A DNA stretch of 26,524 nucleotides from a virus (taxonomy: Duplodnaviria; Caudoviricetes), in IMG/VR virus record IMGVR_UViG_3300037721_000101, positions 1-26,524 of that record. One strand, given 5' to 3'. The translations under genes and the position numbers were made by a program. The notes beneath the pieces were generated by a model. The model was not told the origin of the DNA, made no database searches, and was given only the letters and a program-made list of their open reading frames with translations. This document shows positions 1 through 8,084 of this stretch, piece by piece (position 1 is the stretch's first letter; the number at the start of each line of letters is the position of its first letter).

Positions 1-256
1 CGTGGTCGTCGGCGGCCAGCCCTTCGACGATCACAAGGAAGCTGTCTGAGTCCAGGTCCATGACCACCCGGGCTGGGACGCCCTGACGGCGCTGGATCGC
101 GGCGAACGACTCCGCCGGCCACTGACCGCGCGGGTGGCCAGCCGGGAAGGACTCCAGCACCGTGCGGGACGGCTTCGAAGCGGAGGCGGCACGGACCGGG
201 CCCTGCGCGAAGTCGTGGGCCAGACGGTCGGCCAGGGAGAGAGTCGAGGTGCTCAT
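1..256 (-). CDS. hypothetical protein, runs off the window edge (MSTSTLSLADRLAHDFAQGPV...)
   Basis: ATGA overlap at 253-256 with the preceding gene; frame stays open to position 1; absent from the ORF track. Confidence 0.75.
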   Translation of the reverse strand, partial: MSTSTLSLADRLAHDFAQGPVRAASASKPSRTVLESFPAGHPRGQWPAESFAAIQRRQGVPARVVMDLDSDSFLVIVEGLAADDH

Positions 257-687
257 GCCGCACCCCGCATGTCCTGGATCAGGTCGCGCACCGCGGCGAG
301 ACGCTCGATCGGGTCCTGTCCGGCGGGGACGACGATGACGTTGCCGTCGCCGACGGTCCGGTCGTACACGGCCGTGATGTGGTCGCGGAGCCGGGAGTCG
401 AGGGAGCTGACGTCCCACTCCTCGACGCTCAGGCCGTGCTCGGCGATCAGGGCGGCCAGCGTCTCGCGGGCCTCCTGCTCGTCGGCGAGGCGCTCGAACT
501 CGGCGAGACGGGTCCGGGTCGCGGCGACCATGTCGCGCAGGCGGGCCGGCGTGACGTCGCCGAAGTCGGCCAGCTGCGGGTCGGTCGAGGCGACGAGCGA
601 CAGACGGCCGGTGTCGGCGTCCGGCATGACCTCGGCCTCGAGGGTCAGGCTCACAGCGCGCTCGGCGGGGGGTACGGTAGTGCTCAT
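253..687 (-). CDS. hypothetical protein (144 aa), first gene of the operon divergent from the GntR
   Basis: ATG at 687 (MSTTVPPAER) with GGGAGA RBS; typical high-GC codon usage; coupled to the next gene. Confidence 0.8.
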   Translation of the reverse strand: MSTTVPPAERAVSLTLEAEVMPDADTGRLSLVASTDPQLADFGDVTPARLRDMVAATRTRLAEFERLADEQEARETLAALIAEHGLSVEEWDVSSLDSRLRDHITAVYDRTVGDGNVIVVPAGQDPIERLAAVRDLIQDMRGAA

Positions 688-725
688 TGGATTCGGTCTC
701 CCTGCTCTGGAGGGATCGAGTCGTT

Positions 726-760
726 GGCCCCGTTTGGCGCTGGTACCGCCGGGCGGGGCC
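726..760 (+). terminator. hairpin with G-U pairs on the + strand, followed by CTTTC; contains TTGGCG
   Basis: ggccccgtttggcg-ctggtac-cgccgggcggggcc. Confidence 0.5.
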
Positions 761-791
761 CTTTCATTGCCTGGGGTCGAGTAAAGCACTA

Positions 792-873
792 TGCTTAGTA
801 CTACGCAAGCCCGCCACAACGACTCCCCGTCGCCGTCACTGGAGGGGGGTGGGAGACTCGTGCAGTACTACAC
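792..873. promoter_or_regulatory. two imperfect palindromes with AGTACT core, putative GntR operators in the divergent promoter region
   Basis: TGCTTAGTACTACGCA (792-807) and GTGCAGTACTACAC (860-873) share AGTACTAC. Confidence 0.6.
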
Positions 874-893
874 ATAGAGAAAGGATCCGGCTC

Positions 894-1622
894 ATGGCAG
901 AGAAGCTATTCCCGGAGATCGCTGCGCACTTCAGGCGGCTAATCGACGACGGAACGCTGCGCCCCGGCGACCCCATGCCCTCAATGGCCAAGGCGGCCGA
1001 GCAGTTCAACGTCACCGTGACGACGATCAACAAGGCCTACAGAATGCTCAAGGCAGAGGGCCTGACCCTCGCCAATCAAGGCGTCGGAACCGTCGTCGCA
1101 GTCCGGCCGAAGGTGGCCTACACGGGTGCAGCGCGACTTCGGCGCATCGCTCGATCCGGGAAGCCCTACGCGGAAGGCGAGACGTCCACCAACCACACGG
1201 CCGCGCTTCGATCCTGCGCCGACTCGGACATCGCGACCCAGCTCGGTATCGAACTGCACGACGAGATCGTGTTGCGCACCCGCGTGTTCCTCCGAGACGG
1301 AACGCCAACCGTCGTGGCGCTGTCCGCCATCCATCCGCGCGCCCTGGCGGCAGTGCCCGAGCTCCTCCAGGAGGAGCCTTTCGAGCGCTTCTGGCAGGAG
1401 ATCTATACCGAGCGCACCGGGCGCGAGGTCACGCGTTTGCCGGAGCGGCGAGGGGCACGCTTGGCTGCTCGCAGCGAACTGGACGCCCTCGGGGTCGTGG
1501 CCCCGCCCAGCGCAGCCGTTCCGGTGCTGGTTCTGATGAGCGTCTTCCATGACGACGAGGGGCCACTGGAGGTGTGGGAGGACGTCTACGCGCCAGGGAT
1601 CTGGCAGGTCGACGATCAGTGA
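894..1622 (+). CDS. GntR (HutC subfamily, wHTH + UTRA) transcriptional regulator, KorSA/TraR-like
   Basis: IAAHFRRLIDDGTLRPGDPMPS...TINKAYRMLKAEGL...QGVGTVV wHTH followed by a UTRA-like domain; GAAAGGA RBS before ATG 894. Confidence 0.9.
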   Translation: MAEKLFPEIAAHFRRLIDDGTLRPGDPMPSMAKAAEQFNVTVTTINKAYRMLKAEGLTLANQGVGTVVAVRPKVAYTGAARLRRIARSGKPYAEGETSTNHTAALRSCADSDIATQLGIELHDEIVLRTRVFLRDGTPTVVALSAIHPRALAAVPELLQEEPFERFWQEIYTERTGREVTRLPERRGARLAARSELDALGVVAPPSAAVPVLVLMSVFHDDEGPLEVWEDVYAPGIWQVDDQ

Positions 1623-1627
1623 CGCCG

Positions 1628-1660
1628 AAGGGCCCGCTCAGATGAGGTGAGCGGGCCCTT
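1628..1660 (+). terminator. stem-loop terminator after the GntR gene
   Basis: perfect 13-bp inverted repeat aagggcccgctca/tgagcgggccctt. Confidence 0.8.
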
Positions 1661-1699
1661 GACCATCTTGCCAGGGAAGACCATCAGGGAGGGGGACGA

Positions 1700-2230
1700 A
1701 TGTCTGAAGTCGTCTACGTACTGGGAGCGCCCGGGATCAACACCGTGAAGATCGGTCGCACGACCAATCTGGCGAAACGTGTCGCCGACATCCAGCGCAT
1801 GTCACCGGTGCTGCTGGCCGTTCTCTGGACGCATCCAGGCGGCAGCGAACTCGAAGCCCGGCTTCACCGTCACTTCGCAGCTCGGCGGGCGCACGGCGAG
1901 TGGTTCACCTTTGACGATGACCCGCTGCCAGCCGTGAAGGAGGCCGTCGCGAAGGCATTGCAACCCGCCCCCGCGCTTCCGTCCCCACGCTCCGCTCTCG
2001 ATGAAGCAGAGGCCCAGAGGCTGCTCGACCTCGTAGCCGAAGACTCGGAGCTGCATCGAACAAAGCGGGCTGAACTGGAGCAGACGATCGCCGAGGCCCG
2101 GCGCGCTGGGTGCTCACTGACACTAATCTCAGAGCACGTCCCGTTCAGCAGGGAGTGGATCCGCCAGATGGTCGAAAAGGCGGATCAGGAAGATCAAGTA
2201 GCGGCACCCATCAGTCGGCTCCCTAAGTGA
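1700..2230 (+). CDS. GIY-YIG superfamily T5orf172/MUG113-type protein fused to a C-terminal HTH
   Basis: VYVLG..VKIGRTTNLAKRVADIQ...ELEARLHRHF....GEWF motif; C-terminal GCSLTLISEHVPFSREWIRQM HTH-like segment. Confidence 0.85.
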   Translation: MSEVVYVLGAPGINTVKIGRTTNLAKRVADIQRMSPVLLAVLWTHPGGSELEARLHRHFAARRAHGEWFTFDDDPLPAVKEAVAKALQPAPALPSPRSALDEAEAQRLLDLVAEDSELHRTKRAELEQTIAEARRAGCSLTLISEHVPFSREWIRQMVEKADQEDQVAAPISRLPK

Positions 2231-2258
2231 CCTCTCACCCCCGAAAGGACTCCATCGT

Positions 2259-2642
2259 ATGCACCCCGCCGAGTACCGCGACTACCTGGTTGACCTGCTG
2301 CATCGGACTCCGGGCGTGCAGGGCGTGAAGGCGCTGGAGGGTGGCCCGCACCCGTATGCCCTGGCCGCCACGGTGGGTGGCCGCGAGCGGCGCTGGCAGG
2401 TGATCGGCCAGCTGGCGGACGGCGCGAAGCACGACACGCCGACCGCGCCGGTGCTCGCCGGACCGCCCTCGCTCACGGCCGCGCCGCTGGATGCCGCACC
2501 GGATGCCTGGCTGGCCGGGCTGATCGGCGCATCGGAGCCGGCGGATACGGAGCGGCTGGACGTGTGGTCGGCGCGCGACCGCAGTCCGGGCGTGACGGTC
2601 CACTTCCACAACGGGGAGCGGGCGTTCGTGCGGCTCGTCTGA
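2259..2642 (+). CDS. hypothetical protein (127 aa)
   Basis: GAAAGGA RBS, good codon usage, ends just before a terminator. Confidence 0.75.
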   Translation: MHPAEYRDYLVDLLHRTPGVQGVKALEGGPHPYALAATVGGRERRWQVIGQLADGAKHDTPTAPVLAGPPSLTAAPLDAAPDAWLAGLIGASEPADTERLDVWSARDRSPGVTVHFHNGERAFVRLV

Positions 2643-2652
2643 CGGCACAACA

Positions 2653-2689
2653 GAAGGCCCCCGCTCGCGGTGTGCGAGCGGGGGCCTTC
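2653..2689. terminator. bidirectional terminator between convergent blocks
   Basis: perfect 16-bp inverted repeat gaaggcccccgctcgc/gcgagcgggggccttc. Confidence 0.85.
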
Positions 2690-2694
2690 GTCGT

Positions 2695-2784
2695 TCAGTG
2701 CGTGATGCGCCATAGGAGCTCGGCGAGGACGGTGCCGACCGCGTAGCCGACGGGAACGCCAACGATGTACAGCAGGACGGTCAT
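2695..2784 (-). CDS. 29-aa hydrophobic peptide MTVLLYIVGVPVGYAVGTVLAELLWRITH
   Basis: ATGA overlap with the upstream gene; single TM-like stretch; stops just before the terminator. Confidence 0.6.
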   Translation of the reverse strand: MTVLLYIVGVPVGYAVGTVLAELLWRITH

Positions 2785-3266
2785 CGCCTTCGCCTCGCAG
2801 GCCCGTAGGGGCTCTGCCAGGCGGGCCGGTCGCGCCGGCGGCCGGGCGGGAGCGGCGGGTCGACGTGCTGCATGGCCTTCTGGAACTCGGCAATGCCCCG
2901 CGCTGCCGCCTCCATGGCCGGCTTCACGGCCTGGGCGTAGGCGCGATTGAAGGCTTCGATGGCCGCCCGTGCACGGCGGACCCGTTCGGCCTCGACGCGG
3001 ACCATGTACTCCCTGAACTCCTGCCAGGCTCGCTGGAACTCGGGGTCGATGGCGGGCGGTTCAACGTGGAAGTCGATGCTGGTGACGTGGCCGATTTCTT
3101 CCCAGCCGGTCTCGCCGGGGCTGGTGCCAGAGGGTGCGATCCACATGCGGGGGCCGCTGCTGGGCTGGGGTTCGTCCGCCGGCACAGATCGCATGGCGTC
3201 GTCGCTGACGGTGCAGTCGTGGAGGGCGTTGTCGATCTGGTCGAGGATGTGGTCGGCGGTGCTCAC
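2781..3266 (-). CDS. phage hypothetical protein (161 aa)
   Basis: GTGA-coupled with AAGGAGG RBS. Confidence 0.8.
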   Translation of the reverse strand: MSTADHILDQIDNALHDCTVSDDAMRSVPADEPQPSSGPRMWIAPSGTSPGETGWEEIGHVTSIDFHVEPPAIDPEFQRAWQEFREYMVRVEAERVRRARAAIEAFNRAYAQAVKPAMEAAARGIAEFQKAMQHVDPPLPPGRRRDRPAWQSPYGPARRRR

Positions 3267-3502
3267 GGCCGGGCCTCCTTGGGCGGGTTGCTGGTTCTCA
3301 TGATGGCCAAACAGTCGAGGTTGTCGGCCTCCATCTCGATGCCGGTAGCGACCGCTTCAAGGCTGGAGTCGGGGTCGTCGGCGAGGATGCGGCAGGACTC
3401 GGCGATGGCGCGGAGGAGGGCGACGACGGCGTCGGCGCCGAGGTAGGCGTGCCCGTCGGTGGAGGTGACGATGGGGAGCCGGTCGGTGGCATGCTCGGTC
3501 AT
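3263..3502 (-). CDS. hypothetical protein (79 aa), DUF6213-like
   Basis: ATG 3502 overlaps the upstream stop; LPIVTSTDGHAYLGADAVVALLRAIA. Confidence 0.7.
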   Translation of the reverse strand: MTEHATDRLPIVTSTDGHAYLGADAVVALLRAIAESCRILADDPDSSLEAVATGIEMEADNLDCLAIMRTSNPPKEARP

Positions 3503-4122
3503 GCGGCCCGCCTTTCGGCGAGGGGGAGCTGGAACAGATCGTCGTGCCCGTACTGGGTTGCGCAGGCGGGGCATTTGGCGCCGGCGGTGTCGAGGGTGAC
3601 GCGGAGGATGTGCCCGCAAGTGCAGGTGACGGGGATGCGTCGGGCAGGCTTCTCGCCTTCCGTGAGCGTGGTGGCGTGGCCGTGCAGCCGCCGCAGTTCT
3701 TCGTGCATTTCGTCGGCCGCGGCGAAGGCGCTGTAGATCCAGGGAGCATTGCCGACGAGGAAGCCGACTATGCCGGTGAGGGTCTGCTCGTAGTTGCCGC
3801 GGAAGGCGGCCGGGCTGTAGCCGAGTTCGTCGCGGATGGCGTCTTCCCAGCTGGCGAGGACGGTCACTAGGCCGCCGCGGGCCCGCAGGTCAAGGATGCC
3901 CACCGAGCACGGGAGGGGTGCGCTCTTGCTGCCGCTGACGCGTCCTTCGCTGCGGCCGGCGCCGGGCTGGAGGAGGTCGCCGAGCTGGGTGTACAGGGCT
4001 GGCATGGCGCGCAGCATGACCGTTCCGCGTTCCTGGCAGAGGCGGCAGCAGTACCGGCCGGACTCGTCGGCGTAGAGGGCGCGAAGGCAGACGATGCAGG
4101 CGGGAGTCGAGGCGGCATTCAC
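3499..4122 (-). CDS. Zn-finger protein (207 aa), actinophage OvmZ-like putative regulator
   Basis: GTG 4122 with AAGGAG RBS; CxxC/CxxC at the N-terminus, CxC/CxxC ribbon at the C-terminus, central LASWEDAIR. Confidence 0.75.
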   Translation of the reverse strand: MNAASTPACIVCLRALYADESGRYCCRLCQERGTVMLRAMPALYTQLGDLLQPGAGRSEGRVSGSKSAPLPCSVGILDLRARGGLVTVLASWEDAIRDELGYSPAAFRGNYEQTLTGIVGFLVGNAPWIYSAFAAADEMHEELRRLHGHATTLTEGEKPARRIPVTCTCGHILRVTLDTAGAKCPACATQYGHDDLFQLPLAERRAA

Positions 4123-4160
4123 GGCGGTACTCCTTGCAGGCGGGGCGGTGGGGCGGTGGT

Positions 4161-4418
4161 TCAGGAGGCGTTGCGCTGCTGTTCGAGTTCGAGTTCGTCG
4201 AAGCGGATGACGGATCGCCGGAGGGCGATGACCACGGCGTGGGTGCGGGATCGGGCCCCCAGGCGGACGGTGGCTTCCTTCAATCGCAGGTGGACGCCGC
4301 CTTCGGTGCTGTCGAGGCGGTTGGCGATCTGGCGGCTGGTGTAGCCGGATGCGGCCAAACGGAGGGCTGCGAGCTGCCCCGGGCTGAGGGGCTGCCCTTC
4401 GACGCCGGGGTTCCTCAC
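4161..4418 (-). CDS. stand-alone LuxR-type HTH protein
   Basis: LSPGQLAALRLAASGYTSRQIANRL...LGARSRTHAVVIALR. Confidence 0.85.
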   Translation of the reverse strand: MRNPGVEGQPLSPGQLAALRLAASGYTSRQIANRLDSTEGGVHLRLKEATVRLGARSRTHAVVIALRRSVIRFDELELEQQRNAS

Positions 4419-4597
4419 GGCCGCCTCCCGGGTTCGGGCCGGCGGACTTGGCCGCGGGGGTCGAGGAGGCCGTCGGATTGGGCGAGGAGGCGGAGCGCGC
4501 GGCGGAGGACGGAGCGCAGGGGTTCACGGGTGCGGGCGTAGGCGGCGATGATCTGGGCGGATCCGTCGTCGGGCAGCCAGTTGATGCGGCGGGTCAC
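4415..4597 (-). CDS. hypothetical protein (60 aa)
   Basis: GTGA coupling at both ends; GGAGG RBS. Confidence 0.65.
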   Translation of the reverse strand: MTRRINWLPDDGSAQIIAAYARTREPLRSVLRRALRLLAQSDGLLDPRGQVRRPEPGRRP

Positions 4598-4707
4598 GGT
4601 TTCCTCCGGGTGCGGATGGCGTGTACGGCGAGTGCGAGTGCGGCGAGGACGCTGATGCCGGGGCAGGCGAGGCCGAGCGCGGTGGCGGCGGTGAGGGCGA
4701 GGGTCAT
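4594..4707 (-). CDS. 37-aa membrane peptide MTLALTAATALGLACPGISVLAALALAVHAIRTRRKP
   Basis: exactly fills the gap with ATGA/GTGA overlaps; hydrophobic helix plus basic tail. Confidence 0.65.
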   Translation of the reverse strand: MTLALTAATALGLACPGISVLAALALAVHAIRTRRKP

Positions 4708-5036
4708 GCGGCGGCTCCGCAGGCGCGGCAGGCGAACCCGACGGGCGGCTTGTCCATGCAGGCGAAGCAGTCGGGCGGGGTGAGGAGTTGCTCGGGCCGG
4801 ACGCCGAACACGGCGGCGAGGGCCACGAGGTCATCGACGATGACGGCGGCGGCCGGGCGGGCTGGGTCCCGGTTCCGTTCGATGCGGCCGATGGTGAGGT
4901 AGCCGACGGGCTTGCCTGCGAGTTCGGTCTGGCGGCCGACTTCGCGCAGCGACCAACCACGTGCGGTGCGGAGGGCATGGATGCGGGCGCCGACGATGCG
5001 GGAGGTGGGGAGGTCTTGGGCGAGGCGGGGAGGCAT
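4704..5036 (-). CDS. XRE-family HTH protein with C-terminal CxxC..CxxC zinc ribbon
   Basis: GARIHALRTARGWSLREV...TIGRIER...DDLVALAAVFGVRPEQLL, then CFAC..CRAC. Confidence 0.85.
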   Translation of the reverse strand: MPPRLAQDLPTSRIVGARIHALRTARGWSLREVGRQTELAGKPVGYLTIGRIERNRDPARPAAAVIVDDLVALAAVFGVRPEQLLTPPDCFACMDKPPVGFACRACGAAA

Positions 5037-5089
5037 CGCGGCCTTTCGGTGGGTGGCCGCCCCGGGGTGGGGGCGGCCGACGGGCAGGG

Positions 5090-5467
5090 TCAGGCGGGGA
5101 GGGTGCGGGCGTGTTCGTAGCGCTGGCGGGCGGCGATGAACGCCTCGTCGGTGCCGCCTCGGTCGGGGTGGGCGGCGGCCATCGCGGCTTTCAACTCGGC
5201 CAGGTTCGGCGGCTTTGTGCGGCCGGGGATCTCCGGCTCGGCGAGGTACAGCGTCCGGGCGATGGGCCGGTAGAAGATCTCTCCGGCCGACTCGATCTGC
5301 TGCCGGTCGACGAACGCGGGTCGGGCCCTGTCTCGGGTGAAGTAGATCCGCTTGGCGGTCTTCTTCGTGATCGGGTGGCGGCGGATCTTGTAGTTGCCGA
5401 GGGGGCCGTCGTCCCAGTTGGCGTCCCAGATCTCGTACAGGTACTCGGTGACGGCGAGGTCGGTCAT
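5090..5467 (-). CDS. protein with C-terminal J-domain-like HPD segment
   Basis: LAELKAAMAAAHPDRGGTDEAFIAARQRYE. Confidence 0.75.
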   Translation of the reverse strand: MTDLAVTEYLYEIWDANWDDGPLGNYKIRRHPITKKTAKRIYFTRDRARPAFVDRQQIESAGEIFYRPIARTLYLAEPEIPGRTKPPNLAELKAAMAAAHPDRGGTDEAFIAARQRYEHARTLPA

Positions 5468-5730
5468 GCGGCTTCCCTTCGCATTGGCGGCCCTGAGGGC
5501 TTCTCTGGCACTTCTGACACCACGGGGGCACGGGAGGGGAGTTCGGCGCCCCTAGACCCCGTCAGGCCCCTTCTCGGCCCTCCTCCGGCCCGAGCGGAGA
5601 TCCGCCTCCACGCCCACACCCCCGCGTTCCCGACGGCCGCACCCAGCAGCCCGGCCGCCACCACGCCTGCGGTGACTGCGAGGAGGAGCGCGGTGATGAC
5701 GAGGTCACCGACCTCCCACGCCTCCGTCAC
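5464..5730 (-). CDS. small membrane protein (88 aa)
   Basis: GTG 5730 overlaps the upstream stop; hydrophobic LVITALLLAVTAGVVAAGLLGAAVG. Confidence 0.7.
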   Translation of the reverse strand: MTEAWEVGDLVITALLLAVTAGVVAAGLLGAAVGNAGVWAWRRISARAGGGPRRGLTGSRGAELPSRAPVVSEVPEKPSGPPMRREAA

Positions 5731-6845
5731 GGCCGGGCCTCGGTCGGCTGCTGCAGGTTGGTGCCGGGGCAGCGGCGGGTGGGGCCGTCGGGTCGCTGTG
5801 TCCAGTCGTGTGGGGCGTGGGGCTGCCGAGTCGAGATCGCGATGTCGCAGCGGATCACCTTCGGCTGCTGCGGGTCGCCGGCGGCAGGCCTGAACCCGCC
5901 GCGCGCGACTGCCCGGCGCACGGCGGCGGCCTGGTGCTCCCAGTACGCGCGCTGGTCGTCGTCGAGGTTGGTCCAGCCCTCGCCGTCCGCCATGAAGCGC
6001 TGGTACAGCCAGGCCGGGAGGGTGTCCGGCGTCTCGTCCTGTGTCTCGTCGGCCGTCCGACCCGACACGACGGCAGCAGGGGCGGCGGTGAGCGGGCAGG
6101 GTCCGCCGTTGCAGGCCCCGGCGTCTCCGCACTGCGGGCACCCGGCGGCCATCCGGCGCTCCTGCACCGCCATGTGCCGCACGACCCCGGCCGCAGTCTT
6201 CCAGGCGGACTCTCCGGCCAGCACAGCCTTCGCCGGGGGAAGGCTGGCCAGCTTGTCGGCAGCTTCGTCAAAGGCCTCAGCGCGCACGGTCGTCCGGTCG
6301 GTGGGCTCGGGCAGCACCGCGAGCACCGCGTCGGCGTCGGCACCGTACTCGTCGGGCTCCAGCATGTCCGTGCCCCACAGGGCGGCTTGACCGTCACGCT
6401 CGCAGAGGACTCGCCGGATGCGGTCCCGGAGCGCCGTGCGGTCGGGGGTGGGCGCCTGCCCGACAGACGAGACGGCAGGCTCGTACCCGGCACGGAACGC
6501 CTCGTCGCGCTCGACGTCGAGGTGGTCCTCGAACTTCAGCACCCAGCGGCCAGGGCTGATGCCCGTCCAGTGGCTGGCCTGGACGAGGACTTGGGCGTCC
6601 TGGTCTCCGTCCTCGATGCGGTCCTCGGGGTCGATCGTGTCGAAGTCGGTTCCGCAGAACGTTCGCAACTGGGCGGTGTTGCTGCCGGTCCACTGGACGG
6701 CTTCGATTTCAGCGGTGCGACGCCGGTAGCGGGCGACGGATGCCACCTGGCCGATCGGGCACTCGGGGTGCGGGTGGACTTCCTCGCCCTGCTCCTCGAA
6801 GCAGTGGCCGCAGTCGAGGAGGCGGGGGCTGTCGGTGTCACTCAT
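5727..6845 (-). CDS. modular phage hypothetical protein (372 aa)
   Basis: ATG 6845 with GGAGG RBS; several Cys/His modules and an EAVQWTG module. Confidence 0.8.
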   Translation of the reverse strand: MSDTDSPRLLDCGHCFEEQGEEVHPHPECPIGQVASVARYRRRTAEIEAVQWTGSNTAQLRTFCGTDFDTIDPEDRIEDGDQDAQVLVQASHWTGISPGRWVLKFEDHLDVERDEAFRAGYEPAVSSVGQAPTPDRTALRDRIRRVLCERDGQAALWGTDMLEPDEYGADADAVLAVLPEPTDRTTVRAEAFDEAADKLASLPPAKAVLAGESAWKTAAGVVRHMAVQERRMAAGCPQCGDAGACNGGPCPLTAAPAAVVSGRTADETQDETPDTLPAWLYQRFMADGEGWTNLDDDQRAYWEHQAAAVRRAVARGGFRPAAGDPQQPKVIRCDIAISTRQPHAPHDWTQRPDGPTRRCPGTNLQQPTEARP

Positions 6846-7003
6846 CGGGTTCCTCCGGTGCGGCGGGCGAGCATGCGGGCCTTGATCTGGTCTTGGGTGG
6901 GTTGGGTCCACTTGTGCCATTCGGCGGTGCGGTGCCAGCGCTGCATGTGGTCGCGCTTGGGGATGCCGCACCAGCGGCAGGCGCCGGGGTCGGGGTCGGT
7001 CAT
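6842..7003 (-). CDS. small Cys/His protein (53 aa)
   Basis: CRWCGIPKRDH..RWH....H; GGAG RBS; coupled to the downstream gene. Confidence 0.7.
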   Translation of the reverse strand: MTDPDPGACRWCGIPKRDHMQRWHRTAEWHKWTQPTQDQIKARMLARRTGGTR

Positions 7004-7127
7004 CGGGTCTCCAGGGCAGGGCCGGCCGCACGAGACGGCCAGCAAGGGGGCGGGCGTGGGATGGTGGGGCCGGCCGCCCGCTGATGATTCCGACACCAGC
7101 GGGCGGCCTTCTGCGGTCACGGGGTGG

Positions 7128-7487
7128 TCAGTTGGCGCGGAAGAGCGTCACGGCCAGCGCGTCGGGTGTCTTGGAGTCGGCCCAGTCGCCGACCCACTCC
7201 CAGTCCGGGTCCTCACCCTTGGCCTCGTCGGGGCGGCGAATGATCACCCAGTTCTCGGTGATCGAGTCGATCCAGTCCTCGACGTGGGCGCCGCAGTCGT
7301 CGGCGAGGTTGGCGAGGTGGCAGAACGTGCGGGCGTGCCGGTTGAAGGCGGCGAAGGCGCGACGGGTGCCGGGGTGGCCGAGGGCGAACATGTCGCCGTC
7401 CTCGCCGTAGTGGGCGACCTGGATGCCGTAGTGCGTGGCTTCCATCTCCGGGTTGGTGATGATCTCGGGCTGGGCGGGTGTGGTCAT
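7128..7487 (-). CDS. hypothetical protein (119 aa)
   Basis: AGGAG RBS before ATG 7487. Confidence 0.75.
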   Translation of the reverse strand: MTTPAQPEIITNPEMEATHYGIQVAHYGEDGDMFALGHPGTRRAFAAFNRHARTFCHLANLADDCGAHVEDWIDSITENWVIIRRPDEAKGEDPDWEWVGDWADSKTPDALAVTLFRAN

Positions 7488-7575
7488 GTCGGCTCCTGGT
7501 TGTGTGTGGCGGCCGTCCAACGAGACGCCGCGTGTTGCGATGGGTGTCTGGTTGTCGGCGGGTTCGCGGTAGTGA

Positions 7576-8040
7576 TCACGGGCGCGCGGGGGTGGGGGCG
7601 TTGACCGGGCAGTGCGACTCGTGCTGGTAGAAGGCGGGGCGCTTGTAGTCCTCGTGCTCGCGGGTGGGCTGGCAGTCGCAGAGTTGGGATTCGAGTTCGT
7701 TGACGCGGCCGGAGAAGTCGGCGAGTTCGGCGGTGAGGCGGTGGACCTCGGCGAGGAGGGCGTTGACGTCGTCCGGGGCGTGGGCGATGAACTTGGCGTC
7801 GGCCTGGACCTGCGCCCAGTCCTCCTCGGCTGTCCACTCGCGGTGCGTCGGGTCGTTGTCGAGGGGCTCGTCTTCGAGGCGGCAGACGCCGCGGCGGGCC
7901 CGGTAGCCGCAGCCGGTTTCCTTCAGGTCGGCGGCGATCTCGATGACGGGGCCGCTCTCGTAGACGCCCCACGGCCCGGCGGTGGCGGCGTCGTGGCGGG
8001 CCTGGATCTCGTCGAGCTGCTGGGCGGTGGGCTGGGTCAT
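7576..8040 (-). CDS. Ead/Ea22-like phage protein
   Basis: LDEIQARHDAATAGPW...DAKFIAHAPDDVNALLAEVHRL signature plus coiled coil. Confidence 0.8.
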   Translation of the reverse strand: MTQPTAQQLDEIQARHDAATAGPWGVYESGPVIEIAADLKETGCGYRARRGVCRLEDEPLDNDPTHREWTAEEDWAQVQADAKFIAHAPDDVNALLAEVHRLTAELADFSGRVNELESQLCDCQPTREHEDYKRPAFYQHESHCPVNAPTPARP

Positions 8041-8084
8041 GGTTTCTCCGGGGTGGTGGGTGGACGGCGGTCAGGCGGGGTGGG

